Shown here piece by piece: positions 20,052-30,447 of a stretch of 64,000 nt of DNA. The DNA is from an uncultured Candidatus Saccharibacteria bacterium (GTDB lineage: Bacteria > Patescibacteriota > Minisyncoccia > Phycocordibacterales > JACNGX01): NCBI GenBank assembly GCA_964621395.1, contig CAZULS010000001.1, positions 615-64,614 on the forward strand, given 5' to 3'. The stretch's first letter is position 1; every line of letters starts with the position of its first letter. Made by a program: the position numbers and the translations under genes. Below the pieces are notes generated by a model. The model had not been told where the DNA came from, made no database searches, and was given only the letters and a program-made list of their open reading frames with translations.

Positions 20052-20542
20052 TTAGACACACACTGCCCACGCCCTCTGGCGCAAACGAATGAGCATCGCC
20101 CAGAGGAATGCGGAAATAAATATGAGCGACGAGGAAAAGCACGTGCCGTCGGAAGCATAGAGCGTTTCAAGCGTACACCCTAAAGGTGCAGCAAGAGAAA
20201 TATCTCCCGCCTTTACCATCCCTGAAAATACCAGCGAGGCAATGCTCCCGATACCAAGATACCACGTGAGGAGTTTCTGACGAAAACGACGAGATCGCCC
20301 ACACGGGTCCCCGCGATACACAAAGAGTGACCATACAAATCCGATGGAAAGCGCCACGGCGGTGAAAAAACATACCGACACAAGCGACCACCCCTCAATG
20401 CATGTCATCGGAATATCATTTGTTGTTTCAAAAAAATGCAGAACCTTCGTATACACACCCGACCACACCGACAATGCCCCGGCAATAAGGAGCGTCGATT
20501 GAAAAAGGAAAAGGAGAGAACGTAGAGAAAGAGACCGTGCCA
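20052..20542 (-). CDS. Four-TM membrane protein with Cys residues (possibly disulfide-formation related)
   Basis: Four hydrophobic segments with paired Cys in the loops. Confidence 0.55.
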
Positions 20543-20791
20543 TGGGTATAATTGTACCACTCACATCCATATACTGTCATTCCCGCCTCCGAGCGGGAAT
20601 CTTCTCTGTCTTGTTTCCGAGAGCTATTAGGGAAGATCCCGCATCAAGTGCGGGATGACAAAGAGTGTATATGCCATCTGAAAAGCGGTGACCGAAGGTC
20701 GCCGCTTCTTTCTAATTTCTAATTCCGAATTTCTAACTTCTAATCATCGTCATCATCCTTGTCTTTCTTATGTGAATCGCTTTTTTTCGAA

Positions 20792-20986
20792 GAACCTGCC
20801 TCATCGTAGGTGGCTTGTTCTCGTGAGTGAAGATTCGTGCGAACCGCAGTCGCGGAGACCGTGCCGCACCATTCGTGCGGTGCGGTTGAGCGACAAGGTG
20901 CAGCCGAATATTCAACACGAGAACTGCCAAGCACACACTCAAAGCATACAGCGAATTATCTACGCGGCGTACTATGAGGCAGGTTC
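20792..20986. mobile_element. MITE-like element, family C
   Basis: TIR GAACCTGCCTCAT / ATGAGGCAGGTTC; interior homologous to 29024 and 52118. Confidence 0.75.
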
Positions 20987-21187
20987 GACAACTTTCGGTC
21001 CGCGATGAGGTGGAATGATGAAAATGGCTAAAATGTAAGCAACAAGTCCGGGCATGATGCCGGTAAAAATGGTCACCACAACCCACAACACGCGCAAAAT
21101 CACCGGGTCAACATCAACATATTCACCAATACCGCCACACACGCCTGCAAACACCCTGTTTTCACTGCTTCGATAAAGCTTTTTCAT
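20972..21187 (-). CDS. pspC: PspC domain protein
   Basis: KKLYRS..NRVFAGVCGGIGEY..VDPVILR. Confidence 0.9.
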   Translation of the reverse strand: MKKLYRSSENRVFAGVCGGIGEYVDVDPVILRVLWVVVTIFTGIMPGLVAYILAIFIIPPHRGPKVVEPAS

Positions 21188-21246
21188 ATGCAATACGAGA
21201 TAAGAATAATGTCTGTATCATAACAGCTTTTTACCGTGTGTAAATA

Positions 21247-21987
21247 TCATAGTTTATACAAAAAACCATTTCTACTCCAAAACCAGAGAGGGGGATGCAT
21301 GTCGATTGGAGTAATTCCACTTCCCTCAAGAGCAAGTCTCCATTTCTCCGCAATTTCATCTTTTGACATCGACGACGCCTCTCTTTCGGTAATAAGACCA
21401 AGTACGACGGAACACTGAGTAATGTGTGTGTCCGGAGCAATTGAAATGTACTCTCGGTTTTCCATATCCACCTTACCAAAATCTTCCAAAATGAATGCCC
21501 AATAATTAAATATCTTCGGACCGGAAAGATACGGGAATCCTTTTTTATACTTGTTCTGAACAGTATTCTGAAGTAATAAAAAATCTTTTCCCACTTCATT
21601 AATAAAATTACTAAAGGAGCCCCACTCGTTAAAGACTGTCTTTGCAATAGTTTTCCATGTCGTAGTATGTTTATTCGGCTGAAGAGCAAGCTTATGCTCT
21701 TGAAGTCTTTCTCTCAACACTTCATCGGACATACGAGAAACAGTGGAGATATCAAAAACTTCTTTTGTGTCTTTGTCATTCCATGTTTTTAAAGCACTTT
21801 TCCATAATACATAACTGTCGCGTTGATAATTCAATGCCATGGGAAGTGTAAAGTAAACCAGTCGCTCTTCTCTCTGATCTTGAGTGAATCCTGGATTACT
21901 ATCCTCAGGCATAACAGTCTGTCCAAGTAGCCCATCGTCGTATGCCCTTAACAACATCCTACATTTATATACTAATTCTTTATTCAT
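21247..21987 (-). CDS. Putative HhH-GPD-like DNA glycosylase family protein
   Basis: FPYLSGPKI (HhH-like) followed by IAPDTH (catalytic-Asp position) and a C-terminal LW. Confidence 0.55.
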   Translation of the reverse strand: MNKELVYKCRMLLRAYDDGLLGQTVMPEDSNPGFTQDQREERLVYFTLPMALNYQRDSYVLWKSALKTWNDKDTKEVFDISTVSRMSDEVLRERLQEHKLALQPNKHTTTWKTIAKTVFNEWGSFSNFINEVGKDFLLLQNTVQNKYKKGFPYLSGPKIFNYWAFILEDFGKVDMENREYISIAPDTHITQCSVVLGLITEREASSMSKDEIAEKWRLALEGSGITPIDMHPPLWFWSRNGFLYKL

Positions 21988-22499
21988 ATCTTTCGACTAT
22001 CATACGCCCAGTGGAGTAATGCCTGGCGCTGGCGAGGGCGGCAGGCAGCATCTTTCTTGGTGCAATTCTTTCTCACAGCTCCCGCGTGGCGACGAAACGC
22101 TTTCCAGCGTTTGATTTGTCGCTCATCGTCAGAGTGCCGTCGCCCCATATAATACCGACAGTACCACTGAAACCACCCCCTTGGGTCGTCTTCGTGAATC
22201 CACCCCTTCGTCTTCCAATATGAGAGTGGTTTACTTGCATTTACACCAAAATAATTCAGTGTCGCATCGCGTTTTTCATGACACAGCTTCGCATCCGTAA
22301 ACCAATTCGACGGAAACTCCGCTCTGCAGTCGGTCATGTACTTCCCACCAAAGACACCAAGAGCAAGCATTTCCTTCGGCGAAAGTTCCGGATTAAAATC
22401 AGGATGAAAATTCTTCCCCTCCGGCTCACTAAGCTCATAGGAATATCCCTTTTGCATCAAGTCATTCACCACAATTGTTTTTTTATGTTTCCGCGGCAT
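21984..22499 (-). CDS. Conserved hypothetical protein (GVFGGKY / DPRGWFQWYCRY)
   Basis: 171-aa ORF, translationally coupled to the downstream gene. Confidence 0.75.
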   Translation of the reverse strand: MPRKHKKTIVVNDLMQKGYSYELSEPEGKNFHPDFNPELSPKEMLALGVFGGKYMTDCRAEFPSNWFTDAKLCHEKRDATLNYFGVNASKPLSYWKTKGWIHEDDPRGWFQWYCRYYMGRRHSDDERQIKRWKAFRRHAGAVRKNCTKKDAACRPRQRQALLHWAYDSRKI

Positions 22500-22605
22500 A
22501 GCACAAATGTTTCAAAACTTCCTCAAGCGGAACACCACCTTCGCGCACGTTAGTGAAGTCCGCAATCGTCTCCCACTCTTCATCTTTTTCGTCTTCTTTG
22601 TTCAT
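22483..22605 (-). CDS. Possible small acidic protein (40 aa)
   Basis: Manual translation MNKEDEKDEEWETIADFTNVREGGVPLEEVLKHL...; fills the gap before the next gene. Confidence 0.35.
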   Translation of the reverse strand: MNKEDEKDEEWETIADFTNVREGGVPLEEVLKHLCYAAET

Positions 22606-22750
22606 AGGCACTCTATACACCATTCCCGTCATTCCCGCCCCCGAGCGGGAATCTTCATTATATTTTTTCCAAAAGTTATTCAGGAAGATTCCGCATTATA
22701 TCCGACTGCTCGCAGTGTAGGATCAAGTGCAGAATGACAGGAAAAATATA

Positions 22751-24400
22751 TTATTCCTTCTTCTCCCACTGAGGGTCCGGTTCAATAAGGCCGTGGCCTT
22801 CCAAGCGGGCGCGGATACTGCCCGGCTGGCGACCGAAGATTGGCGGCAATTCCTCAAGCGACTTTCCTTCCTTGAAGAGTGCAACGAGCTTTTCATCATC
22901 CTCTTCTTTCCACGGACGATAGGCATTCGGATATGTTTCGCGCAATTTCTCAATACGCTTTTGCCATGCTGAGGGTTCTTTAGATTTTTCTTTTTGGGTC
23001 TTGCCCGATCCGGTCGCACTTTTGCGCTTGCGCGAAAGTGCGACCGGATGTAGGGTCCCTCCGCATGCCTTGATAAAATTCTCATGCATGCTCTTCAATT
23101 CTTCCGCGCTCTTGCCCGCAAAAATATCTCTCGCTTTGCCACTTGCTTCGCGGAATGTCTCATCTCTCGCACGCACATCACTATCGACAGCAAACGCTCG
23201 TTCGTTGTAGCCGAGCAGATGCACTCCTTCGAGCCTTCGCACACGCGAAAGCGCCACATATCCCTGCCCGTATTCAAACACGCCGGAAAGATCCATTGCC
23301 GCCATGTCCATACTCATACCCTGGCTCTTATGCACGGTAATCGCCCAAGCCAACCGCAAGGGTATCTGAGAAATCCGCGCGCGCACTTTGCCGTCTTCTT
23401 CCACCACCCATTCCATCATTTCCGTGTCCACCGTCGTACCATCACCGATTTTCACTTTCGGATTGCCGGAAAAATCATCAAAGCCAACCACCTCACCAAG
23501 CGTCCCGTTTACAAATTCTTTCTTCGGGTCGTTCTTCGTAAACATAACCTTCGCGCCGATTTTGAGCTTGAGCTCTTCAGGCGAGAGACACCCTTTCTTC
23601 AGCGCAGCAACGAGCGATTCTTTCCCTGTGCCCGTCATGTGAAATGTGTGCATATCACCGGGAATGCGCCCGAGTGCCACATCGTTGACCTTGTCGACAT
23701 TAGCATTGTGCGAAAAGAGCTTCGGCATGTCCCCTTCCACCACCGTCACAATCCGCTCTTCCAAACACGCCTTATGCGTGCCATCAAATGTACCACACCG
23801 AATAGCGGAAAGTACTTCAAGATACCGCGGATCGTCCTGACGATATTGCTCGGAAAGATAGCACGTGAGAAATCCCGCCTCCTTCCACACAGGTGAATCA
23901 TATGCAAAGCGCGGCGGTTTTTCGTTCTGAAAAAGCCGGGCATCGGCGCCCGCCCGCGGCTTCGCAATCGGCGGCAATTGAAAAAAATCTCCCACCAACA
24001 CAACCTGCAATCCGCCAAATGCTTCCGGCTTCCCGCGCACTTCCCGACACACAGCGTCCACCATGGAAAGGACATTCGGTCCGAGCATGGATACCTCATC
24101 AATAATAAGTACGGTTGCCTTGCGAATGCGCTTTGCCAGATATTCACGCATGGCAATCGTCTCCACGTCGTAGACTGAAAAGTAGTCACGCACGCCAATA
24201 CCGCTCCATGCGTGAATCGTCATACCGCCCAAATGCGTGGCGGCAATACCTGTTGAGGCGGTAATTGCCGGCTCAATGCCATGCTCACGCAAATACGCCA
24301 CATACGTATTCACCGTATGTGTCTTACCGCTCCCCGGCTCTCCCGTGAGAAACACATTCGCCCCCGTTTTCAAAATTGAAAGCGCTTCAGATTGAGTCAT
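22751..24400 (-). CDS. PIF1-family 5'-3' DNA helicase
   Basis: GEPGSGKT, IIDEVSM, GDFFQLPP, QIPLRLAWAITVHKSQG, YVALSR. Confidence 0.92.
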   Translation of the reverse strand: MTQSEALSILKTGANVFLTGEPGSGKTHTVNTYVAYLREHGIEPAITASTGIAATHLGGMTIHAWSGIGVRDYFSVYDVETIAMREYLAKRIRKATVLIIDEVSMLGPNVLSMVDAVCREVRGKPEAFGGLQVVLVGDFFQLPPIAKPRAGADARLFQNEKPPRFAYDSPVWKEAGFLTCYLSEQYRQDDPRYLEVLSAIRCGTFDGTHKACLEERIVTVVEGDMPKLFSHNANVDKVNDVALGRIPGDMHTFHMTGTGKESLVAALKKGCLSPEELKLKIGAKVMFTKNDPKKEFVNGTLGEVVGFDDFSGNPKVKIGDGTTVDTEMMEWVVEEDGKVRARISQIPLRLAWAITVHKSQGMSMDMAAMDLSGVFEYGQGYVALSRVRRLEGVHLLGYNERAFAVDSDVRARDETFREASGKARDIFAGKSAEELKSMHENFIKACGGTLHPVALSRKRKSATGSGKTQKEKSKEPSAWQKRIEKLRETYPNAYRPWKEEDDEKLVALFKEGKSLEELPPIFGRQPGSIRARLEGHGLIEPDPQWEKKE

Positions 24401-24544
24401 GAGAACAGTATATCACGGACATATGAAACTGACCTCATTTGTAAACTTACGCTTCTCAATTGTAAACTCATTGTAAACAAACCCCCTCTCCTGGCTCAGG
24501 CAACTACCCTTGTATCACAAAAAGGAGATACTACACACTAATTA

Positions 24545-24820
24545 TCAGTTATATATGTCATGATCCCCGATAGCAAGAAGAAGAATGTGTTTCTCTTTCG
24601 TGTATGAGAAAACAATTCGTATCTTGTAGTTTACCGAAAATGCATAACGTCCGGAGAGTTTTCCTTTCAGTTTGTGCACTTTCAAGCGCCTGTGATTTGT
24701 AGCGGTGCGCACATCGTCAATTGCATCAAGAGCTTCTTCTTGGAGCTCAAACGGAAGTGATTCGAGCTGGCGCATGAATGACGGAGTATAGAGAATATCC
24801 ATACGATTATTTTTTCTCAC
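24545..24820 (-). CDS. RelE/ParE-family toxin
   Basis: LKVHKLKGKLSGRYAFSVNYKIRIVF...IGDHDIY. Confidence 0.85.
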   Translation of the reverse strand: MRKNNRMDILYTPSFMRQLESLPFELQEEALDAIDDVRTATNHRRLKVHKLKGKLSGRYAFSVNYKIRIVFSYTKEKHILLLAIGDHDIYN

Positions 24821-25028
24821 GAAGAATCTTTCGCAAGTCTCCTTTTAATATTTTTCCCTCGCGTACTTCTTGTTCAGACATAAGCACGGCTCGTATCGCT
24901 TCTTCTTCCGCCAAACGCATAAGCGCCTTGCGTACAACAGCCGCCTTATTCGGCGACTCACCCGACTTGATTTGCGACTCAATAAACGCCTCGAGCTCAC
25001 CAGAAATGGGAACAGATAATGTGGTCAT
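24807..25028 (-). CDS. Ribbon-helix-helix antitoxin (ParD-like)
   Basis: MTTLSVPIS..LEAFIESQIKSG..NKAAVVRKAL; overlaps the toxin start. Confidence 0.8.
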   Translation of the reverse strand: MTTLSVPISGELEAFIESQIKSGESPNKAAVVRKALMRLAEEEAIRAVLMSEQEVREGKILKGDLRKILREKK

Positions 25029-25134
25029 AATAAAGTATGATAATATAATATGATACTATCATATACCTCTCGTGTGCGGGTGTCAATACAAAAACAACCC
25101 GCGTTTCCTTTCAGGAAACGCGGGTTGTTTTTTG

Positions 25135-25209
25135 TGGGGTGCCTACAGGGAATTGAACCCTGATAGCCGCCTCCACAGGGCGGAGCTTTACCATTAAGCT
25201 ATAGGCACC
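25135..25209 (-). tRNA. tRNA-His(GTG)
   Basis: Cloverleaf with anticodon arm CCGCC-CTGTGGA-GGCGG; G-1 and CCA encoded. Confidence 0.95.
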
Positions 25210-25335
25210 ATGTTGTCAGAGCAGCGCGGAAGCTTCGCTTCCGCGCTGCCTGAGTCGCCCTTTTATAGCACACTTTATTGGGTTTCGTCCAGTTTTCTCT
25301 GGATTCCGTGTCAAGCACGGAATGACAGTTGGTTT

Positions 25336-26133
25336 TTATCCGACAAACCCGGCAGCGATGAGGAGCGCGGCACATCCAAGAAGTAGCCAGCCGAATTGGA
25401 TGCGGCGAGCCGCGGCGAGAAGGAGATGAATCGTTGCCAAACCAAAGGCACATGAGGCAAGAAGCGTGACGACATTCTCAAGAGACAATGCAAAAAGTTC
25501 TGTATTTAATATGATGTTTCCGGCAACGATGAGCGGAATACCGGCAATAAAAGAGAGCTTCAGCGAGGCATCATCTCCATATCCGCGCAAAAGAAGTGCG
25601 GCAACCGTCGTCCCTGATCGGGAGATGCCGGGGATAACCGCGAGTGCTTGTCCAAGACCAACGAGCACGCCATCAATAAAGCGCACATCCCCCTCCCGCT
25701 TTTCTCCGCCCTTCCCTTTTGAAAGCTGCAACACACCGGTCACAGCAAGTGCCGCGCCAAGAAGCATGTTCACCCACATACCGCTCGTTGCGAGTATACT
25801 TTCTGCAGAATCAAGAAGGGAGAGTATGCCGATGCCGACAATGCCGCCAATGAGCGTTGCCACAATATAAAAAACGAGAGGATTCTTTTTTTCTTGCGGT
25901 AAGCCACGATACTGAAAGAGGTCTTTAATGAGTGCGACGATATCGGAGCGGAAATACACAATCGCTGCAAGCACCGTCCCGAGATGCAGAAAGAGCGCAA
26001 AGCGAATTGTATCACCAAGCGAGCCGCCGCCAAAAAAGAAGTGTTGCACGAGCACCACCATTCCTTCAGAACTCACCGGCAGCCATTCGGTGATCCCCTG
26101 CACTATTCCCAATGTAAGCGCTTCGCTTATCAT
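25336..26133 (-). CDS. uppP: Undecaprenyl-diphosphatase
   Basis: GIVQGITEWLPVSSEG, PGISRSG. Confidence 0.92.
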   Translation of the reverse strand: MISEALTLGIVQGITEWLPVSSEGMVVLVQHFFFGGGSLGDTIRFALFLHLGTVLAAIVYFRSDIVALIKDLFQYRGLPQEKKNPLVFYIVATLIGGIVGIGILSLLDSAESILATSGMWVNMLLGAALAVTGVLQLSKGKGGEKREGDVRFIDGVLVGLGQALAVIPGISRSGTTVAALLLRGYGDDASLKLSFIAGIPLIVAGNIILNTELFALSLENVVTLLASCAFGLATIHLLLAAARRIQFGWLLLGCAALLIAAGFVG

Positions 26134-26411
26134 ATCCGCTTTTTTACTTGTCCATATATGGACGAACGATGTCCTATCATAACAACAACAATAACTTCTT
26201 GTTTGATTTCAAAAATGACTCTATAATCACCGACTCGAAGTTTTCTATATCCTCGCAACGACTGCTCTAGAGGAGCACCAAAAACCTCCGGCGATGTCGT
26301 TAATTTCTCTTCAATTGCTTTCTGTACACGCATCTGCACACTCTTCCCAAGAGCAGGGAGGTCTTTCTTTGAGATATCTTCATGGTAGATAACGGTATAT
26401 CTCATTTCCAT
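26130..26411 (-). CDS. RelE/StbE-family toxin
   Basis: GYRKLRVGDYRVIF...IGHRSSIY. Confidence 0.9.
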   Translation of the reverse strand: MEMRYTVIYHEDISKKDLPALGKSVQMRVQKAIEEKLTTSPEVFGAPLEQSLRGYRKLRVGDYRVIFEIKQEVIVVVMIGHRSSIYGQVKKRI

Positions 26412-26623
26412 ACTTCATCATGAGAAAGATATACATTGCTTCTTTTTTGCCGTTCGGAAGCAAGACGATCAAACATAATATCTTCCTCAATCTCAAGCGC
26501 AAGGCGCAGCAATTCGGCCGCCTTTGTCGCTTGCGGAACATCATCGCGAAGAGCGAGTTTCTTCACCGCCCGCTCCACGTCTTTCGAGACACTGATATTG
26601 ATTCGTTTTTTTGTTGTAGGCAT
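26402..26623 (-). CDS. Antitoxin (RHH-like)
   Basis: MPTTKKRINIS...ALEIEED...LSHDEVW; overlaps the toxin start. Confidence 0.85.
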   Translation of the reverse strand: MPTTKKRINISVSKDVERAVKKLALRDDVPQATKAAELLRLALEIEEDIMFDRLASERQKRSNVYLSHDEVWK

Positions 26624-26674
26624 ATGATGAAGTGTATCAAAAGTGTATCACCTATGTCAAGTAACGAATTCGTG

Positions 26675-27247
26675 TCATTCTGAATGTGATTCAGAATCTT
26701 CGTCATATGTTGGTGAATGTTCGGTAATACCTGCCTCCTCATTCACATATCGTGCGAAGACAAAAAAGAATGAAGACAGCCGATTCAAATACTGCAATGT
26801 TTCAGGCTGTACTTTTACTATTCCCTCTTCCGAAACAGCAACAACTCTTCTTTCAGCTCTTCGCGAAACCGTGCGCGCCACATCTCCGCGAGCGGAAATT
26901 TCATTTCCTCCCGGCACAATAAATGAATGGATGGAAGGAATCTTCTCTGCCATATTCTCTTCCATCTCCTCAAGTGTCGTTACCGACGCGGGAGTGATAT
27001 GCTTATCCGCCCCGGCGACTTCAGCCTGAATCGTAAAAAGATGCGATTGAATGTCGGTGAGAAACTCTTTCGCTAAAACACCTCCCGGCAATTGCATGTT
27101 ACCGACAAGTGCAACAGAAAGCCCGATTATGCTCGTTGCCTCATCGAGCGCGCCAAGCGCCTCAGCAATTGCTGAGCTCTTTGATATGCGCTGATCACAT
27201 CCATACAGCGTCGTCGTTCCATCATCACCTTTGCCTGTAAAATACAT
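26675..27247 (-). CDS. PduO-type ATP:cob(I)alamin adenosyltransferase
   Basis: TGKGDDGTT, GALDE, RTVSRRAER, YLNRLS. Confidence 0.92.
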   Translation of the reverse strand: MYFTGKGDDGTTTLYGCDQRISKSSAIAEALGALDEATSIIGLSVALVGNMQLPGGVLAKEFLTDIQSHLFTIQAEVAGADKHITPASVTTLEEMEENMAEKIPSIHSFIVPGGNEISARGDVARTVSRRAERRVVAVSEEGIVKVQPETLQYLNRLSSFFFVFARYVNEEAGITEHSPTYDEDSESHSE

Positions 27248-27439
27248 GGTCAGTAGGTTAGTAAATCAGTAAATGAGGAGGTGAGTACAAAAGAAACCAC
27301 ACAAGCGAACATGCTCTCACCTATATACAGTATACCAGAGTTGATAAAGACGAAACAAAAGGCGGCGCTTCGCGCCGCCTTTTGTTTCATTTGGTAATTA
27401 CCTTTGATTAAGGTTTAACCTTAATCAAAGGTAACGTTT

Positions 27440-28570
27440 CTATGACACTCTCGTATATCCCCCCTCCACGCCTTTGGGTGAAAGGACGATTTGCCAAAGG
27501 TGAACATAACGCGAAGCAAAGGCGCCCGAAAACGATAGAAGATAGTACTTCCACATGCGATAGAAATAGTCGTCGTATTCCGGACTTTCCTTGAGGGCGC
27601 TCCATGCCGCATCAAAGTTCTTGAACCACTCTTTCAAGGTAAGTGAATAATCATGTCCGAAATTATGCCAATCCTCCATCACAAAATATAGCTGTACTGC
27701 CGAGGCCATATACTCAAGAGAGGGGAGTACTCCTCCTGGAAAAATATACTTATCTAACCAGGCATCTCCTACTTTCGTAGTCATGTGACTGCCGACAGTG
27801 TGGAGTAAAAATAAACCATCTGGTTTAAGAAGTTCTCGTACCTTTTTCATGTACGTTTCGTAATACTTCACACCAACAGCTTCAAACATTCCTATTGAGA
27901 CCACTCTGTCAAATTCACCCTCCAATTTGCGATAATCGACCAACTTAATCTCAATCGGTAGACCTTCACAGAGCTCTCGCGCAAGCTTTGCCTGCTCCTC
28001 AGAAACGGTAATACCGACCCCACTCACGCCGTATTTCTCCACAGCGTATTTTAGAAAGCTCCCCCATCCGCAGCCGATATCAAGTACTGTCATTCCCGGC
28101 TCAAGACCGATCTTCCTGCAGATCAAGTCGAGTTTTGCCTCCTGTGCTTCGTCGAGCGTTTTCGCCCCTCCTTGAAAATACCCGCAGGTGTAGACCAAGC
28201 GCTTGTCGAGCATCTTTTCGTACAAGTCGTTGCCAATGTCGTAGTGGTGCTCACCAATATAGTGTGAACGCTTCACATGACCGAGGTCCTGGAAAAGCAT
28301 GCCAAGATACACGGGAATCATATGCATAAGCATGCCTGGGTTCCTTATCTCTTTATCAAGATTCGCGGAAAGCACTTTCTTGAAAAACACATTGAGCGGC
28401 TCAGCATCCCACCAGCCTTCCGAATATGCCTCGCCCAAACCAAGCGTACCGCGCTTCATCACACGGTCGTACAGCTTTTCATTATGCACAACAATATCTC
28501 CCAGATTATTACCGCCGGGTGTAATATCCGCCTTTGCGAGAAGCCCTTCAATGAAAGATTGTTTGTTCAT
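27440..28570 (-). CDS. cfa: Cyclopropane-fatty-acyl-phospholipid synthase
   Basis: HYDIGNDLY, YTCGY, LDIGCGWG, SIGMFE, KYIFPGG. Confidence 0.95.
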   Translation of the reverse strand: MNKQSFIEGLLAKADITPGGNNLGDIVVHNEKLYDRVMKRGTLGLGEAYSEGWWDAEPLNVFFKKVLSANLDKEIRNPGMLMHMIPVYLGMLFQDLGHVKRSHYIGEHHYDIGNDLYEKMLDKRLVYTCGYFQGGAKTLDEAQEAKLDLICRKIGLEPGMTVLDIGCGWGSFLKYAVEKYGVSGVGITVSEEQAKLARELCEGLPIEIKLVDYRKLEGEFDRVVSIGMFEAVGVKYYETYMKKVRELLKPDGLFLLHTVGSHMTTKVGDAWLDKYIFPGGVLPSLEYMASAVQLYFVMEDWHNFGHDYSLTLKEWFKNFDAAWSALKESPEYDDYFYRMWKYYLLSFSGAFASRYVHLWQIVLSPKGVEGGYTRVS

Positions 28571-28748
28571 ATGAAAGTACAATAACAGAAGGATGCTCAT
28601 TTTTCCAGTAGTAAGCAGAAAAGAAAACGGGCGCCTGACACCACTTTCGATTCTGAAGACAGCATATATTATGATTCAAAAAACACCGTCTCGTAACGGT
28701 GTTTTTTGTAGGAAAATGTAAAAGTGGTGTCAGGCGCGCTCTTTGCTC

Positions 28749-28988
28749 TTACCCCTCCGTATACGATTCCTCAACGATACGAATGAGATTCTTCACAACA
28801 TCAATATGCCGTTTCTCATCTTCGGCAATGCGAGCGATGATTTCTTTATCTTCTTTTTCTTCGGAAGAAAGCTCCTTCCCTTCCAGGAGGCTGAGATATT
28901 CTTCATAGAGTTTCAGCGAACGCTCCTCATATCCCAATCCCTGTGAGAGATTAAAAAGAATATCTTTTTGTGACAGTGGACATTCCAT
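28749..28988 (-). CDS. Small ferritin-like (two-helix) protein
   Basis: E..S..LY...IAEDEKRH (ExxH motif). Confidence 0.6.
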   Translation of the reverse strand: MECPLSQKDILFNLSQGLGYEERSLKLYEEYLSLLEGKELSSEEKEDKEIIARIAEDEKRHIDVVKNLIRIVEESYTEG

Positions 28989-29023
28989 ACAAATATACTA
29001 ATCGTTACAAATGTACATATACC

Positions 29024-29220
29024 TAGAACCCATCTCATATTAAACCGCTCAAAATAACATTTTACACTTCGTGTAAGAGCTTGGCAATTCTCGCACTCTC
29101 TATCCGGCTCCGTCTTGTCGCTCAACCGCACCGCACGAATAGTGCGGCACGGTCTCCGCGACATCGTCTCGCTCGAATAGAAAGCGCGAGAATAAGCCAT
29201 TTAATATGAGATGGGTTCTA
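29024..29220. mobile_element. MITE-like element, family C
   Basis: Perfect 21-bp TIR TAGAACCCATCTCATATTAAA; structured interior shared with 20792 and 52118. Confidence 0.8.
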
Positions 29221-29307
29221 CAAATAATACAAATGATTTGTGTTTGGTGAATATATTCGCGTATTCGTACCATTCGTATATATTTGTATGTATTCATACA
29301 TTCGGAA

Positions 29308-29535
29308 TTATTGATACTTCTTGATCATTTGACTAATGGCCTCACGATGAAATTCAGAATCGCGCTTGAGTGTTTGTACACCGGAAATAAACTCAGGGCG
29401 CTTTTCTTCGGCAATACAATTCCCCACGTCCACGCGCAACAGCGCGTCGTACAACGCGACCATTGTCTGCTCAATCGTCTCATCTTGCAAAAGATTTTGC
29501 AGAACCTGCTTCATGTCTGTGTGTTCCATAGACAT
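29308..29535 (-). CDS. Small ferritin-like (two-helix) protein
   Basis: E..M..LY...LKRDSEFH; same architecture as 28749..28988. Confidence 0.55.
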   Translation of the reverse strand: MSMEHTDMKQVLQNLLQDETIEQTMVALYDALLRVDVGNCIAEEKRPEFISGVQTLKRDSEFHREAISQMIKKYQ

Positions 29536-29640
29536 AGTATAGCAAAAAATATGTGAGAGCGGATGTGGATTATTTCATATTCGCCCCCTTGTTTAGTACC
29601 GTAGTAGCAACAAGGCTTCAAAAATGTTAGCATACAAAAT

Positions 29641-30366
29641 ATGAAAACTGCTGTAGTCACAGGAGCAAGTAAAGGTATCGGTGGAGCCATCGCAATTGCG
29701 TTAGCAAAAGACGGTTATTCGGTAGCAATAAACTTTAAGTCGGATACTAAAGCGGCTAAAAAAATTATTGAAGAATGTAATACATATTCTAAAAACAACC
29801 TGCTTGTACAGAGTGATGTTTCAAAAGAAGATGAAGTTGCAAAAATGTTTGAAATAATAAAATCAAAGTTTGAAAATATTGAAGTGGTTGTCAACAATGT
29901 GGGAGTGTTCGACGAGAAAGACAGCCCTACCAATATCCAAGCGTTTGAACATATCTACCACAATAATTTTTTAAGTTGCGTTCTCACAACAAAGCATGCG
30001 TTACCGCTGATGCAAATAGGAAAAATAGTTAATATCACCTCAATACATGGTAGACTCGGCCATGGTCGACCAGAAGCAACCGCGTATTCAGCATTTAAGG
30101 CAGCTCTTGAGAGTTACACAAAAAATCTCGCGAAGGAGTTGGCGCCGAACATTCTGGTAAATGCGATTGCTCCAGGACGAGTCAATACTCCGATGTGGAG
30201 TGCCAATAAGAAAGAGCGGAAAGAGCTTGGGGAAGTGCACTTAATACAACGCATGATTGAACCGGAAGAAATCGCAGACGGCGTACTCTTTCTCGTAAAA
30301 AACAATGCTGTATGCGGCGAAGTACTAACTATTGACGGTGGCATGGGGTTGGTAACTTTGGGGTGA
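29641..30366 (+). CDS. Short-chain dehydrogenase/reductase (FabG-like)
   Basis: TGASKGIG, VNNVG, YSAFK, VNAIAPG. Confidence 0.92.
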   Translation: MKTAVVTGASKGIGGAIAIALAKDGYSVAINFKSDTKAAKKIIEECNTYSKNNLLVQSDVSKEDEVAKMFEIIKSKFENIEVVVNNVGVFDEKDSPTNIQAFEHIYHNNFLSCVLTTKHALPLMQIGKIVNITSIHGRLGHGRPEATAYSAFKAALESYTKNLAKELAPNILVNAIAPGRVNTPMWSANKKERKELGEVHLIQRMIEPEEIADGVLFLVKNNAVCGEVLTIDGGMGLVTLG

Positions 30367-30447
30367 TTGTATGGAAGATCAACTTATTTTGTGTCTGTTT
30401 ACAAACAAAACAAAACCGTGTAGGATAACGAGACTGGTTCTAACACT

